DNA of 64,000 bases from Eledone cirrhosa (taxonomy: Eukaryota), in NCBI GenBank assembly GCA_964016885.1, contig OZ024745.1, positions 101,680,001 to 101,744,000 on the forward strand, given 5' to 3'. How positions within the stretch are numbered: position 1 is the first letter of the stretch; each line of letters begins with the position of its first letter. A model generated the notes under the pieces. That model was not told the DNA's origin. It did not search any database and saw only the letters and a list, made by a program, of their open reading frames with translations. A program made the translations under genes and the position numbers. Shown here one piece after another: positions 1 to 13,724 of the stretch.

Positions 1-215
1 CCTCACGTTTTTGGTCCTCACGTTGTAGAACATGCTTGAACTTTCTTTCCTCTGCTTCCCTTCTTGCGAAGTACACTTGTCTCCTAGCTTCCCTCCTGGC
101 CACTTGATAGTCTTCTCTGCTTCCCCCATCCCGCCATACTTTCCAAGCCTGCTTTTTGGCCTTAATTGACCCCTCCACCTTACTGTTCCACCACCATGTT
201 ACTCTCCTCCTGCCT
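1..215 (-). mobile_element. RTE-type LINE fragment (endonuclease-RT linker)
   Basis: Minus strand reads RRVTWWWNSKVEGSIKAKKQAWKVW...YQVARREARRQV; TWWWN is typical of RTE ORFs. Confidence 0.75.
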
Positions 216-364
216 ACAGATATATATATATATACATATACATATAGACACAGACTGGAGATCCAAAAGAAACCACTGAACATTTTATTTTTTCAAAGTT
301 ATTTCTGTGTTGAATATTTGCAATTCTAGATGGTACAATAGTAGCTGCATTATATTTTCTAATA

Positions 365-560
365 GGGGCGGTGGATTGGCAGTATCGGTAGAGGGTCGGA
401 CGCCATGGTTTGAAGCATAGAGTTACCTCCCTTTATGATGTGAGTTCAAATCCCGCCGAGGTTAAACTTTGCCTTTCATCCTTACGGGCTCGATAAAATA
501 AAGTACCAGTAATGTACTGGGATAATTGCTGGCCTGGTGCCAGAAGTAGAAACCATTATA
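365..560 (+). mobile_element. tRNA-derived SINE family 1
   Basis: A-box-like TGGCAGTATCGG, B-box GAGTTCAAATCC, core CTTTCATCCTTACGGG..GATAAAATAAAGTACCAG, ATTAT tail; 16-bp TSD CATTATATTTTCTAAT at 348-363 and 554-569. Confidence 0.85.
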
Positions 561-818
561 TTTTCTAATTTCTGCCAGATTGACAGCAGTTTTTACATCT
601 TTATTAACTTTAGATTGAACAGTTTTGTCATAAAAGTATGAAATGAAATTGTCAACTTTTTTAAAAGATCGCAATTGATTCATGATAACTCAATAAAGCC
701 TTTCCTAATAGATATTGTATATTTATAACTTATTGATTGCCAGTATGTTTAAATATCCATTCATTGATAATCAGTTTGTTCATAACTCTGAATTTCATTT
801 TTTTTTTTCCTCTCTAAG

Positions 819-982
819 CTCAAGAGTTTACATCCCATGATAAAAATACTAGTATGCCCAGATTGAAACCAGAAAATAAAATTGCTAACGAATTTATCAA
901 ATTCCAACTACTTGGTAACTCTCATGATGCTGAACACAATCACAACCAGAATGAGAAGCAGTTGAGGAAACATCATAATCAG
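819..982 (+). CDS. KATNIP: KATNIP/KIAA0556-like gene, exon 1 of 10 in window (QEFTSHDK...RKHHNQ)
   Basis: T-tract + TAAG acceptor (AG 817-818), open frame, CAG|GTATAT donor. Ends phase 0, matching the next exon. Poorly conserved sequence, so the assignment rests on phase continuity. Confidence 0.6.
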
Positions 983-2072
983 GTATATATTTGTTTGATT
1001 ATATTGATTGGTTAAAGCTGTCTTTATGAACAGGTGAACAGAATCTCAGTGCAACTATAGGAAACAAGTTCCTAGTTACTTCTTTCAGTTCTTTGTTTAC
1101 TCTAGCTAATGGCTACTGGATTACAATGATTCATTTCTACTCCTCGTTACTAACCATTTGTTTTGATGATTTTTGTCTCTCTGTGTATGTGTATATTTCT
1201 CATTACATTACACTGCCAGTCTGTCCACCAGTCAGTCTATAGTAATAGTTGATGTTAAAAGTTATTGGGACAAGTAAAATGTAAAAAAAGAAAACAACCT
1301 TTCGGAAGTATCTATTGTTGCTATTATTAATGTTGTTGTAGTCTCCGATTTCAATAATATCTAATTATAGCTTACACTTGGCAACAGTCAATCCTGAGTT
1401 ACATCATCTATCTTTGTTGGTCTGAACAACATTAAACAAATATGCAATGTTTTCATTATTTGCTCTTGTGAAAGTGTAAATCACTGATTGTATGTTTTAA
1501 ACCTATGGACAGGTCATATGCATGGTTTCAAGTATTCATAATTCTAATCTTCTTAACAATGCTCAATGCAACTATTAAGTTTTTGTGCACTGAAACAGTT
1601 GTATGTAAATCTGTAGAAATCCTGACTTTTGGAGTTTGTTTTTTAAATGGATCAATGCAGCTTATTGTAAAAGAAGAGAACACTCAAATAAACACAAGAC
1701 ATTATTCTGCTAGTTTAATGTTCCTTACAGTTTTTATTTTTTGCCGCAATTCATTTTTAGCTATTTCATAATAGTAAGTATTAATAATTTAACCACTGTT
1801 TTATATAACTTATATTTTCTCTACCAGCTATCGTATTTCATCTATTTTGTTTTCTGTTATCGTTATTCAATTCAACAGAAACTTTATCCAGTAATCTATT
1901 TTTGATTTTAAAAAAGAAAAGTGATTAAAATCTAGTTTTCACTGTGAATAAGTCTTTTCTATTTTGAATTGCACTCAAGTCTGTATCAGTGTAATAGTTT
2001 ATTTTATTTGTTATGAAATTGTAACTTCACTTCAACATGTTCTTTCTTATCATCACTACAGCAATTGTCACT

Positions 2073-2186
2073 ATCATCATCATCATCATCACCATCACCA
2101 TCATCACCACCATCACCATCATCACCATCATCACCACCCTCACCATCATCACCACCATCACCATATTCATCATCATCATTGTCATC
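2073..2186. repeat. (CAT/CAC)n microsatellite
   Basis: Read directly; source of the poly-His and poly-Asp/Gly ORFs. Confidence 0.95.
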
Positions 2187-2284
2187 CTCTCCTGAATAAA
2201 ATGTTGTTCTAACTTTGTTATTGATGTAAGAGTCTATCAATATAATATTTTATATCGTAGTAAGTGCATATATAAGAATATTGA

Positions 2285-2286
<2 letters not shown>

Positions 2287-2349
<63 letters not shown>
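2287..2349. repeat. (TG)n microsatellite
   Basis: Read directly. Confidence 0.97.
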
Positions 2350-2351
<2 letters not shown>

Positions 2352-2626
2352 AGGCAGAAATTATTTTCTCCTATTTTCTTGAAGAATATCACTCTCATAC
2401 TTCAATTAATCTTTACATATGTTCTAATAATCATCATCATCATCACCGTTTAGCGTCCTAATATTCTATACTTATCTATTTATTCCCTCTATCATCTTCA
2501 CTCTCCGTTATTTTACCATATCAGTTTCTTAAATATCCTATCATTCGTTACCGTTTTCTTTATAGATTATGTATGAGATTAGAACAAGTAAATCTTTAAG
2601 AAGCCTGTAAAATAGGTGCTGTTCTT

Positions 2627-2664
2627 TATGTATGTATGTATATGTGTGTATGTATATATGTATG

Positions 2665-2706
<42 letters not shown>

Positions 2707-3001
2707 TATATATATATGTATATATATATACATACATACACACATATACACACACATGTGGATATACACATATATATATATATATATATGTATGTATATA
2801 TATATATATATATGTGTGTGTATATCTGTGTGTGGATATACATATATATATATATATATGTATGTATATATATATATGTGTGTATGTGTGTGTGTGTGTG
2901 TATCTGTGTGTGGATATACATATATATATATGCACACACACACATATATATGTGTTTATATACATATGTGTGTGTATGTCTATATACATATATATATACA
3001 C

Positions 3002-3043
<42 letters not shown>

Positions 3044-3075
3044 ATACATACTTAAACATATATGTGCATATATAT
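2627..3075. repeat. Compound (TA)n/(TG)n/(CA)n microsatellite field
   Basis: Read directly; produces six spurious Y/I/V/C/H-rich ORFs. Confidence 0.95.
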
Positions 3076-3380
3076 TCAATATGAATTATTATTTGTTGTT
3101 GTATTTTCTTATTTGGTTTCTTGTTTGAATTTCATAGAATTATTGTAAACAAGGTTTTCTGCACTGAGTTAACGAAATATTAAATCTGAGAAAAATGTAT
3201 ATATTTTATTTTATTTTATTATTTATTAAATAAAATGTATTTTTAAATATTTTCAGACTTGTAAGACCACATCTATTTTAAACAAAATTTTGTCAGAGCC
3301 AATGAGAGAGCTTCATCATACTCACTTGATATGCTAAAAATAAAAGACAAATCTCACTCAAATCATATGATACCATTTAA

Positions 3381-3596
3381 CCCTTTAGCATTTAAACCAG
3401 CTGTATCCAGCCAGAATTCTCTCACCTTTTTCTGTTCAAACCAGCTGTAACTGGCTGCCTATACTGATGTTAAGTTATTGTTCTCAAAATAAGTAGTATC
3501 AGAATCTCATAGATTCGATATTATGTGAAATAATTATGTAAAGCCTTTACCATTAAAATATAATTGTAAATATAGAGTTATGTTAATGCTAAAGGG
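3381..3596. mobile_element. piggyBac-like MITE
   Basis: TIRs CCCTTTAGCATT / AATGCTAAAGGG with TTAA on both sides; related copies at 49353-49566 and 53813-53901. Confidence 0.8.
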
Positions 3597-3825
3597 TTAA
3601 AAAAAGAAAGGTTATATTACATTAGATAGTATTGACCTAGATATATTATCCCTGAAAAAAGAAAACATAGAAGAGATCTTGAGGGCTAGAAAACCTTAAT
3701 GCCTTTTGTGTTAGTTCTGCTCAATCATATATGACCTGGGGCTAAAGAACACTAACTAAAACGTTCACGTATTTTATATGTATCCCTAATAAAGCCATGT
3801 CCATGTTGACTTTCTGCTCTTTCAG

Positions 3826-3902
3826 TTTGAATCACTTTCTGGAACCCTAACCGAACAGGAAGTCAACTTAATCACAAAAAATGTCCTGAGAATGAGACCA
3901 CG
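3826..3902 (+). CDS. KATNIP: KATNIP-like exon 2 (FESLSGTLTEQEVNLITKNVLRMRP-R)
   Basis: tttctgctctttcag acceptor, CG|GTAAGA donor; phase 0 in, phase 2 out, fitting both neighbours. Confidence 0.75.
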
Positions 3903-4086
3903 GTAAGAAAAATATTTCCTAACAAATGAATATTTTCTACAAAAACAAACAAAAAGACTAAGAAGACATGGTTTCGGGTTCTGTCCGACCGTGGAGTACC
4001 TTGGGCAAGTGTTTTCTACTATAGCCTTGGATTGACCAATACCTTGTGAGTGGAATTTGGCAGGCAGAGATTTTGAGAAGTATATA

Positions 4087-4123
<37 letters not shown>

Positions 4124-4269
4124 TACTCTCTTACCTGTTCCAGCCATCCGGCTGAGGCCAGACTGGGGCACCTATATATATTTTTAAAAAGTAAGAGGAA
4201 AGCACAAACGGGAGACAATCCCTTCATCAGTTGTCTGCTGGAGATCAGACATTTCAATGAAATGTCCCT

Positions 4270-6640
4270 TTGTGTTTTCCTCTTATTTTTAAATACACTT
4301 TATCAAGTAACCAGAACAACCTGCCATCCACTACACACCATCATAAACTGCAAGCAGGGTACAAATTGTTGTCCTTAAATGCTCGCAGTTTATGCAACAA
4401 GATACATCTGTTTAACTCCTACATCAGAAGCATCGACCCTGACGTCATCACAGTCACGGAAACATGGGCACATTCCTTACTCTGTGATGGGGTTTTCAGC
4501 ATTACTGGGTACAACCTGTTCCACAAGGACCGCATTAATCGCCGTGGTGGTGGTGTGATGGTCTACGTTCGTTCAAATTTATTGGTAATTCCTTGCGTTG
4601 ATTGGAACGAATCACAAGAAGTTTTTTTCTGTGACATACGTATGACCATGTCAACACTTCTGCTTGATGTTGTTTATCGCCCCCCCCCCCCCCCCCCCCC
4701 CCCAACATAAAAACTACCATCAGGACACACAGCTTTGCGATATCCTCAGAGCTGCTGCCAGGAAAACAGCTACTTATGTGTTTATTGCAGGTGACTTCAA
4801 TCATCCTGAGATCGATTGGGAAACCTTTCGTTGGCCACAAAGTGCAAACGATTTCCTTGAGCTAGTGCTGGACTCAAACTGGTCACAAGTAGTCACCTCT
4901 CCAACAAGAGGTGACAACACTTTGGACCTGCTCTTCACCACTACCCCTGAAGTGGTTATCAGTTGTACTACTGAGGAACATCTAGGCGACTCTGATCATG
5001 CTATGATCATTGCCAATCTGGCTCTTGCGGGCAGCAACAAAAACCAGAACCATCTCCAATCTGCTTGCTTTGATTGGAAGAAAGCAGATTGGAACTTGTA
5101 CTGCACTGAGCTACAGCGCCCAACCTGGCATGAGTTCTATAACTTTGGAGATGTGAACACTATACTCCAGAGCATCCTGGATTCAATATGGATGGCATGT
5201 GCAGCATCAGTGCCACGTAAGCAGAAAAATAACCACTGCAAAAGTGCAATTTGGGAAACTTCAGCGATCTGAAGTACCAGGAAAGAACGTCGGAATGCTG
5301 AACGGGAATATAAACTGCATAAATCAGATGCCAACAGAAAAAAGCGGAATAAATCTTCCAACCATCTCAAGCAAGTGACAAAGAAGGCAGTGCTTGAATT
5401 TGAACAGTGCATAGCAACCAATCCTGACAGTCAGGTGCTCTGGAAATATGTACATTCAAAGCAGAGACCTCACTCTCCAGTTGGACCTCTTCGCAATCCC
5501 CACACAAACCAGATCACTGACGATCCCAAAGAATGCGCAGAACTTGTTGCTGAGTGCTATTCAAGCATTTTTACTGTTGAAAACCAAAATGTACCATCTC
5601 CACCATCTCTAACATTAAATTCCATAACAACTATGGAATTTACACCTGCAATGCTGCGACGTCACCTTAAGAATAAGCGCAACTATGCCTCCCCTGGTCT
5701 TGATGGTGTTACATACCTGCTTCTCAAACGTGGCGGGTACTTCCTTTTGCACCAGCTTTCTTTCTTCTTTCAATACTGTCTCAACAATGGTGCTACTCCG
5801 GAGCAGTGGAAAACTGCCAGTGTCATTCCCCTGTTCAAAAAGGGCGACCGCACGTCACCTGTCAACTACCGTCCAGTGAGTTTTACTAGTTCTATTGCCA
5901 AACTGATGGAATCCTGTGTCAGGGAAACACTTTGGAACTTCTGGAGCTCTCACAGCCTCATCCGGCCCTCGCAATTTGGATTTATCCCTAACTCCAGCTG
6001 CTGTAATCAGCTTATCGAGTTCCTTGAAGACATTACTCGGATCACTGACAACGGCTCATGGATGTTGTTTACCTTGACTTCGCTAAGGCTTTTAATTCTG
6101 TGTCACACAACAAACTTATGGCAAAACTCTCTACAATGGGTGTGAAGGATGATCTTTTTAACTGGTTGAAATCCTTCATTTTCAGCCGAAAAGAGGTAGT
6201 CACGGTTCTAGGACTGCATTCTTCACCATATGAGATGTCATCTGTGTACCACAGGATCTCTTCTTGGTCCCTTTTTGTTTGTTGCATATATTAATGACAT
6301 AGATGCCAACTTAAAGAATGCCACGGTACTGAAATATGCGGATGACATCAAGCTGTACCTTGAAATCAAAAGGACAGATCCCGAAATCTATAACTCTTTC
6401 CTACAATCAGACCTGGACACAATGCAGCAATGAATCACAGACTGGCAACTGAAGCTGGCTGTTGACAAGTGTACCACCATGCATTTTTGGAGGAAAAATC
6501 CAGCGTCCACATACTCCCTCCACAACACTGATATCAAGAAGTCCTCTTGTGAACGTGACCTGGGCATTACTGTCAGCAGCGATTTGCGTTGGATAAAGGA
6601 CATCTCTAAAATTCTCAAGAAGGCTGAGGGTGTCCCCCTT
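4270..6640 (+). mobile_element. Decayed CR1/jockey-group LINE ORF2 (AP endonuclease + RT)
   Basis: LNARSL.NK, TETW, GGGV, GDFN, PTRGDNTLDL, SDH (APE); PLFKKGD..NYRPVS, YLDFAKAF, YADD, ERDLG (RT); split by frameshifts and stops. Confidence 0.92.
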
Positions 6641-6827
6641 CCATACACATGCACACATGTGTATATCATGACTAATGCACTGTTCATTTTCCTGACGTTT
6701 GTACATTACCCTATGTACTATACATACACTTTTGATGAGTTGTAGTGCACCTGAGCACTGTACACAATATTTTCATTATTATTATAACCACACAACTCCG
6801 TTTCTTCCAAAATTTATATATATATAT

Positions 6828-7161
6828 ATCATCATCATCATCATTTTACGTCCGCTTTTTCATGCTTGCAAGGGTAGGACGGGAACTGATTCTGGGTTGA
6901 TTTCTACAACTGGATGCCCTTCCTAACACCAACTTCATTTACAGTGAGTGCTGAGTGCTTTTTTGCCGTGGCACTTCCACGACCACTTTGCAGTGGAATG
7001 ATATGGACCCCAGTCCCTATCATCTCATTTCTACAGCTGAGTAAACTGGAGCAATGTGAAATAAAGTGTCTTGCTCAAAGAAACAGCACATCACCCGGTC
7101 TGAGAATTGAACTCACAACCTTTCGATTGCAAGGCCAATGCTCTAACCACTAAGCCATGTG

Positions 7162-7165
<4 letters not shown>
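6828..7165 (-). mobile_element. tRNA-derived SINE family 2 with LINE-derived tail
   Basis: Reverse complement of 32049-32380; A/B boxes and a (GAT)n end. Confidence 0.85.
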
Positions 7166-7211
<46 letters not shown>

Positions 7212-7235
7212 CGCACGCACGCACGCACGCACGCA

Positions 7236-7288
<53 letters not shown>

Positions 7289-7292
<4 letters not shown>

Positions 7293-8750
7293 AAAGGGGA
7301 TGCTTGGAGAGGAGCAATTATAAAACTGATAGATCAGGTTATGAAAGTGACAGAAAGGATTTTAGCACAACTAATTAGAGAAAGGTTCAAACTAGATGAG
7401 ATGCAGTTTGGTTTTGTGCCTGGGAAGAGTACAACAGATGCCCTCTTCTTGGTGAGACAATTGCCAGAGAGGTTCTTAGAGAAGAATAAGCCACTATACT
7501 TAGCCTTTGTTGACCTAGAGAAGGCCTTTGATAGGGTACCCCGATCTGTCATCTGGTTGTCCCTAAGGAAGCTAGGTGTTGAGTAATGGCTTGTGAGGAC
7601 AGTGCAAACTTTGTACAGAGGTACTCTCAGTAAAGTCAGGGTAGGAATGGAGTTTAGTGAGGAATTCCAGATACAAGTAGGAGTACATCAGGGTTCGGTC
7701 CTCAGCCCGCTCTTGTTCATTATAGTCCTCCAAGCCATAACAGAGGAGTTTAAGACTGGCTGTCCATGGGAACTTCTCTATGCTGACGATCTGGTTCTTA
7801 TAGCAGAATCAGCAGAAGAGCTAGAGAATAAATTTTGGCTATGGAAACAGCAGTTGGAAGCAAGAGGACTGAGAGTGAATCTAGCAAAGACAAAAGTGTT
7901 GATGAGTAGAAAAGAGGACAAAACCCTGATTCCATCAGGGAAATGGCCATGTTCGATATGCAGAAAAGGAACTGGCATAAATTCTATAAAATGCACACAA
8001 TGCAGATCCTGGGTACACAAGAGATGTAGCGGGATAGCAGGCAAACTAACAGGTAGGGAGAAATATGTATGCAGTAGATGTACAGGGAAATTAGACAGTA
8101 GAAGTCGCACTGATAGACACATTTTTCAAATGCAAGAGGGCGCTATAGAAGTGGTGGATAGCTTCCGGTACCTAGGAGATCAGATTAGCATGGGAGGAGG
8201 GTGTTCCGAGGCCATAGTATCTAGAATAAGGACGGGTTGGAAGAAGTTTAGGGAGCTGCTTCCTCTGTTGACGAAGAAGGGTTTCTCCCTGCGTACGAAA
8301 GGCCGGTTGTATGATGCCTGTGTGAGAAACGTGATGCTGCATGGTAGTGAGACATGGGCAGCAACTGCAGAGGATATGCGACGGCTGGAGAGAAATGAGG
8401 CAAGCATGCTCCGTTGGATGTGCAGTGTAAATGTGCGTGAACGACCCAGCATAAATGTGTTGCGAGAGAAACTGTGTCTGAGAGGGATAGAATGTAGTGT
8501 ACGGGAGAGGAGACAGGTGGTATGGACATGTGATGCGCATGGAGGATGACCGATGGGTGAAGAAGTGCCAGGAATTGCCAGTTGAAGGAAGACGTGGTAG
8601 AGGTAGAACATTGGCGGAGGTGGTGAGAACAGAACTCAGATCATTGAAGCTCACGGTGGAGATGACGAGGGACCGTGACGAGTGGAGAGATGCTGTGCTG
8701 AATAAGACCCGTCCCACCCTTGCAAGCAGGGAAAAGCGGACGTAAAATGA
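7289..8750 (+). mobile_element. RTE-type LINE subfamily A, 5'-truncated, with PHD finger in the RT C-terminus
   Basis: QFGF.PG.STTDA, FVDLEKAFDRVP, GVHQGSVLSP, LLYADDL, FRYLG, HGSETW, RWYGHV.R; the ORF runs almost to the 3' end (GCGGACGTAAAATGA). Confidence 0.93.
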
Positions 8751-10095
8751 GTACGGCCACTACTTTATATCCATGTTAGGAGAACCCCTACCGATGCGCT
8801 GAACGAGTGTGACTTTTTAGTCCAGCCAGCGACTTGAAAACTCTGGTAGAAACACTATACTTGTGACAATTATTGGCACATAGTGCTGGGCCCATGTTAT
8901 CATGTGACGACAAGTGCAGAGAGATCTCCAGATATAAAGCAATGCCTGTGCCGTGAAGCTTTTATAGTAAGCAAAGGCACTGCACAAAGCCAGTCCCACT
9001 CTCTTAACCAAGATGATATTTACCAAAAAGAACAACAAGTCAACATCATTGGATACCATCAGGGTTGCAGGTGTTATATCAGAGTTTTCCTTCTCCTAGA
9101 ATTCTGCCTTGACAAAGGCTAAGGAGTCATCTCTCCCGGTGATTTTGGATGGCCATTGACTCTTAAGAGCTCCTTTGCCCTTTGACAGGTTTTGTTTTTA
9201 GTCCTGCAGGATGTCCAAAGTCACCCACCTCACCAAGAAACCTTGGTGGGGTTGCCAGTATAGTCGCCAACGACCCGACCATGAGACAGGTTGTACTGGG
9301 ATACATGTTACCAGTAGCACCAACTGGTGACCTGACATACATACATACATACATACATACATACATACATACATGTGTGTGTGTGTTTCCATACCTATGG
9401 TTACATCTACTATTTATGTGCTATATGTTAGAGGCTCAATAAATAGATACAGGTATAAAGATAGTATAAGTATTAGAGGTGATATGATAACTAAACATCC
9501 CTTGAATTAGTGCCCCAGTGTAATGACTAAAACTAGTAAAACCAATCATAAATAAATGTAAGACCTTGCAAGCTTTCAGTGCATAATTGTTGTGATATCT
9601 TTGGCATGAGGTGTGGGTTGTTGATTTGATTTCCTTATTAAATGTAAATACCAGTAGTGTCATTGTTGCCATAACGATTATTTCATTGCTGGCTCCAAAA
9701 ATAAGCATTTCATATTGATGATAAATTGATTGGTTTTGCTTTTGATATTGTTGCTGCTACTGTTTCTCTATTAAAGCAGATATCCTACTGTTTGTGTGCA
9801 TGTGTACCAGTATGTATGTGTGTGTGTGTGTGTTCACGGATGTTTGTGTGTATGTGCATGTGTACAATGTATATATGAGTGTATTTCTGCATGTGTGTAT
9901 TCGTGTGTATATATATATATGTTCATGGATGTGAATGAATACATTTATGTGTGAATGTGTACCAGTATATATACGAGTCCATGGATGTGTATGGATACAA
10001 TTGCATGTATGTGTGTATGTTTGTGTAGTAGTGTATATGTTCATGGATGTGTATGAATCACTTGTATGTGTGTGTGTGTATGTGTAAAAGAGATA

Positions 10096-10409
10096 CAGTG
10101 GAACTTCGGTTCACGAACAAATCAACTTACAAATAATTTATCCAAACATAAAACGTCTTGGTTCGTGAATGGTGTCTTGATTAATGAACAGTTGGGTCGG
10201 CAACAACAGTTGGCAGCATGCTTGGGTTATCAGCAGGAAAACATCAGTTGCTGTGTAGTTAGTTACTATGGTGATATCTATCTGTCTTTCACACACAGTC
10301 TCTCTCTCTCTCAACATTTAGTATGGGAAAAATAGCTTCAGTTTACAAACATTTTGCATGGCGAACGGTCTTCAGGAATGAACTAACTTTGTGAACCACA
10401 GTTCCACTG
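10096..10409. mobile_element. Tc1/mariner (Tigger/pogo-like) MITE
   Basis: Imperfect TIRs CAGTGGAACTTCGGTTCAC / GTGAACCACAGTTCCACTG flanked by TA. Confidence 0.8.
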
Positions 10410-10554
10410 TATATTAAATCAACAAAGTAAGAGAACATAAGGGTCTTAATGTTTTGGATACTCATACTGCATTCCCTAATACAACAAAACTTGAATTAAA
10501 AGCACAACTAGAAGGTGAGCATCTATAACAATAATATGGGTGGAGGTTGGGAGA

Positions 10555-10688
10555 GCTGTCCTTCAGGTTGCTGAAGCTCACAGAGGAGATGACGAAGTGT
10601 CATGACAAATGGAGAGATGCTATGCTGAAGAGGACTTATCCCACCCTTGCAAGCAGGAAAAAGCGGACATAAAATGATGATGATGATG
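10555..10688 (+). mobile_element. RTE subfamily A 3' end fragment
   Basis: Matches 8640-8750; ends in (GAT)n. Confidence 0.8.
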
Positions 10689-12299
10689 AAAGCTATTAAT
10701 TCAGTGAAAGAGAAAACATATTTCTTTTATAGTTATGTATGATGAGCAGTTGTTCTAGAATTCAGTGTAACATCCACAGAATTTGTTCATAGTTTACATT
10801 TTTATTATCAAAGGAAAAAATTATTCTCAAATATCAAAGAAAGATCTCACAATACAGCCTGTAAATATTTCTCATATGTATGTGCATACTTTGCAAGAGA
10901 TGCAAGAATTTAAAGTGTCTAGTATAGTTTGATTAGAAGTGGTGGCAAGTTATTTGTCAAATGCTGGACTGTACATGTTCTGGCATTTGTAGAAATTGGA
11001 AAGTAGGTGATAGTAAGATATACATGTTTCTTTCTTGCTGACATTGGTTGGGTAAAGAATGTGAGTTGGGGATATAGACAAACAAATATACAATCAGCTA
11101 CAAACAGGCAAAATACTGGAAATAAAGATAAATGAACACCTAAATACTGTATATTATAAATACAAAGGCAGCAAATTGGCACAGTCATTAAGGCATTGTA
11201 TTAAATGGCTCAGTATTTGTTCCAGTTCACTGCATCCTGAGTTTAAATCCAGCTGAAGTCAACTTTGCCTGTCTTCTTTTTAAAGTCGATAAATATTTCA
11301 CTGGTTCAGTGATGGAGCTGATTCTCTTTCTTTCTTTATCTCCATCTCTCTGGAAGAAATTGGCTATGTTCAGACCTGGAGAGAGATTGGCTCCTCCAGG
11401 TTTAGAATGTCCAAGACACACCATGTGTCAGAATAGCACTCCTCTGGTTCCATCAGTTGTTACAGGCCCTTTCCATTTCCCTTAAATACTGTATATAACT
11501 AGGTAACTAACAATAACATGTTTGATAGATGGCATAAGAACTTTATAGCTAAGTTACCCTCCTATGGGCTCCATATCTCTCTCCTCTCTTGATCAAATGT
11601 CTCCCATGAGATTGATCATTGCATTGGATGGGTTCTTTTTGTTCCACATTCTATCAACTAAGTCCATCAAGCCAATGAGACATCTTCTATGCAGACACTT
11701 GACCTACTAACATTAGTAGCCAAATCTCCCCTCCCTCATATCACAGATCATCTTAAAATGAAAGACCACATTGAATGAATAATGTCATAGATATCCTATT
11801 CTTAAAACCAAAAAAAAAACAGCAACAAAATATTTTTCAAAATAACCGTGTGGATGGTCACAGCTGGAAAGTCTTTGACCATATAGCTACTAATTCATGG
11901 CTGCCATTATCTGCAGCAACTTTATTCAACAGCAAGTTTATCTATAATTCAGAACAGTGTTTAACATTTTGTCACCATATTCTAAGCCAGAATAGATACT
12001 GCTTATGTGTTTGAATTAATCTTAATATGAATCAAGAGTCAAGTATCTGAAGGGGCTTAGTAAAATATATTGTACCTTTTCTTTTTTTTTTATATACATA
12101 CTGTTATCTTTTTACATATTAAATCTCAGTAGGCTCAGATTGCTTTTGGAAAATCTTATTTCAAATATATATATATAATGTGTGTGTGTGTGTGCACGTG
12201 TGTTGATACACAAAAAAATAAATATATGTAAATGAAACTTCATCATTTTTCTTAATATATATATATGTGTGTGTATGTGTATATATATACATAGACAAG

Positions 12300-12332
<33 letters not shown>

Positions 12333-13339
12333 ATAGTTATTTCCTGGGAGTTCATTTCTTACATTTTCATTCATGTAATAATGAGATTTTGATGGTGACA
12401 TATTGACGTGCATCTCTTTAGATTTCTCACACATGTATATCCATGTGTTTCCCAACCCAACTTGTACATGCAATGTATGCAATGAATTTTTTCATCAGTT
12501 AACCTTTATAATCTCATCCTCCTCCTTGTTTTTCTTTCTTTCTTTTTCTCCTTTTCTCTAACAATCTTTTCTTATGGCATGTTGCCTTTCTCCCTCAACT
12601 TCACCTCACTGTCCCCTTCACTTAGCTGTTGTATTATGTTGCTGATCAGGTCTGTGGGTGGAGCAACAGTCCAAGCAAAACAGGAAGTGATGTGCTGGTG
12701 GAATGACTGTAGAATGTGCCATAAAACAAAGAGGCAGGTCTGGAAATATAGGGACAAAAGAAAGCAATACCAAAATGTTGGAAAAGCAACTAAGAAACTA
12801 AGTATACTTAGCAAGGGTAAAAGCAGAAAAAAAAAATACTAACACATTCTATATTGTAAAAATTAAAGTTATGAAGTTTTCTGGGTTGTGAGACAGTGTG
12901 TCAGAAAAACTCGGATCACGACTGAAGAAAAGTGTGTCTGAAATGATAGTGCAGTACTTGCCCTGCCTGATGCTGAGAAAAAGAATGTATGGGGGGGGGG
13001 GGGGGGGGGCTTATTACAAGAGGCTTTTGAATAAAAACAATAAATGGGAAAGTAAGAGCTTACCCCATGCAGATCCAACTGAAGGACAATTCATAAAAGT
13101 TGCTAGACAAGTGGCAGAAATCATTTTTCAGCCTCATTCTGACATTTAGCCATGTTTTTTCTTGATCTTTCTTTTTTCTAGTTTTCAATTTCTTTCTTCT
13201 TCCCATATAACAATACTCTTTTCTTTCTGTGTTTTCTGGTCTGGAGAAGGTCTAGAATTCGAGACATTAAGATATTTTATTACTTCATTTTAGCATTAAA
13301 CTAATATACTGTTATTGTATGTTTTAATTTTTGTACTTG

Positions 13340-13420
<81 letters not shown>

Positions 13421-13724
13421 CTCATGCATAAATATATGTATCATCATCATCATCACTGATTAACGTCCATTTTTCCATGTTGACATGGGTTAGACAAGTT
13501 ATGTACCATCGTGAGACAAGCCAGGTCAGGTGACCATGTCTTGCTCATATAGAATTGATTTGGGCTTGGTTTCTATAGTTGGATGCCTTTCCTAATGCCA
13601 AACACATTTACATTATGTACTGGGTGCTTTTTTTTTTTGTTGTGACACGTATATGTGTGTGTACACATACACACGCATTCAGGCACACACAAATATGTCA
13701 TACTAAGTTTTAAAAAAAGGCCCA

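Noticed and set aside
2541-3128. Six overlapping Y/I/H/C-rich ORFs
   Set aside because: Dinucleotide microsatellite lacking stop codons.
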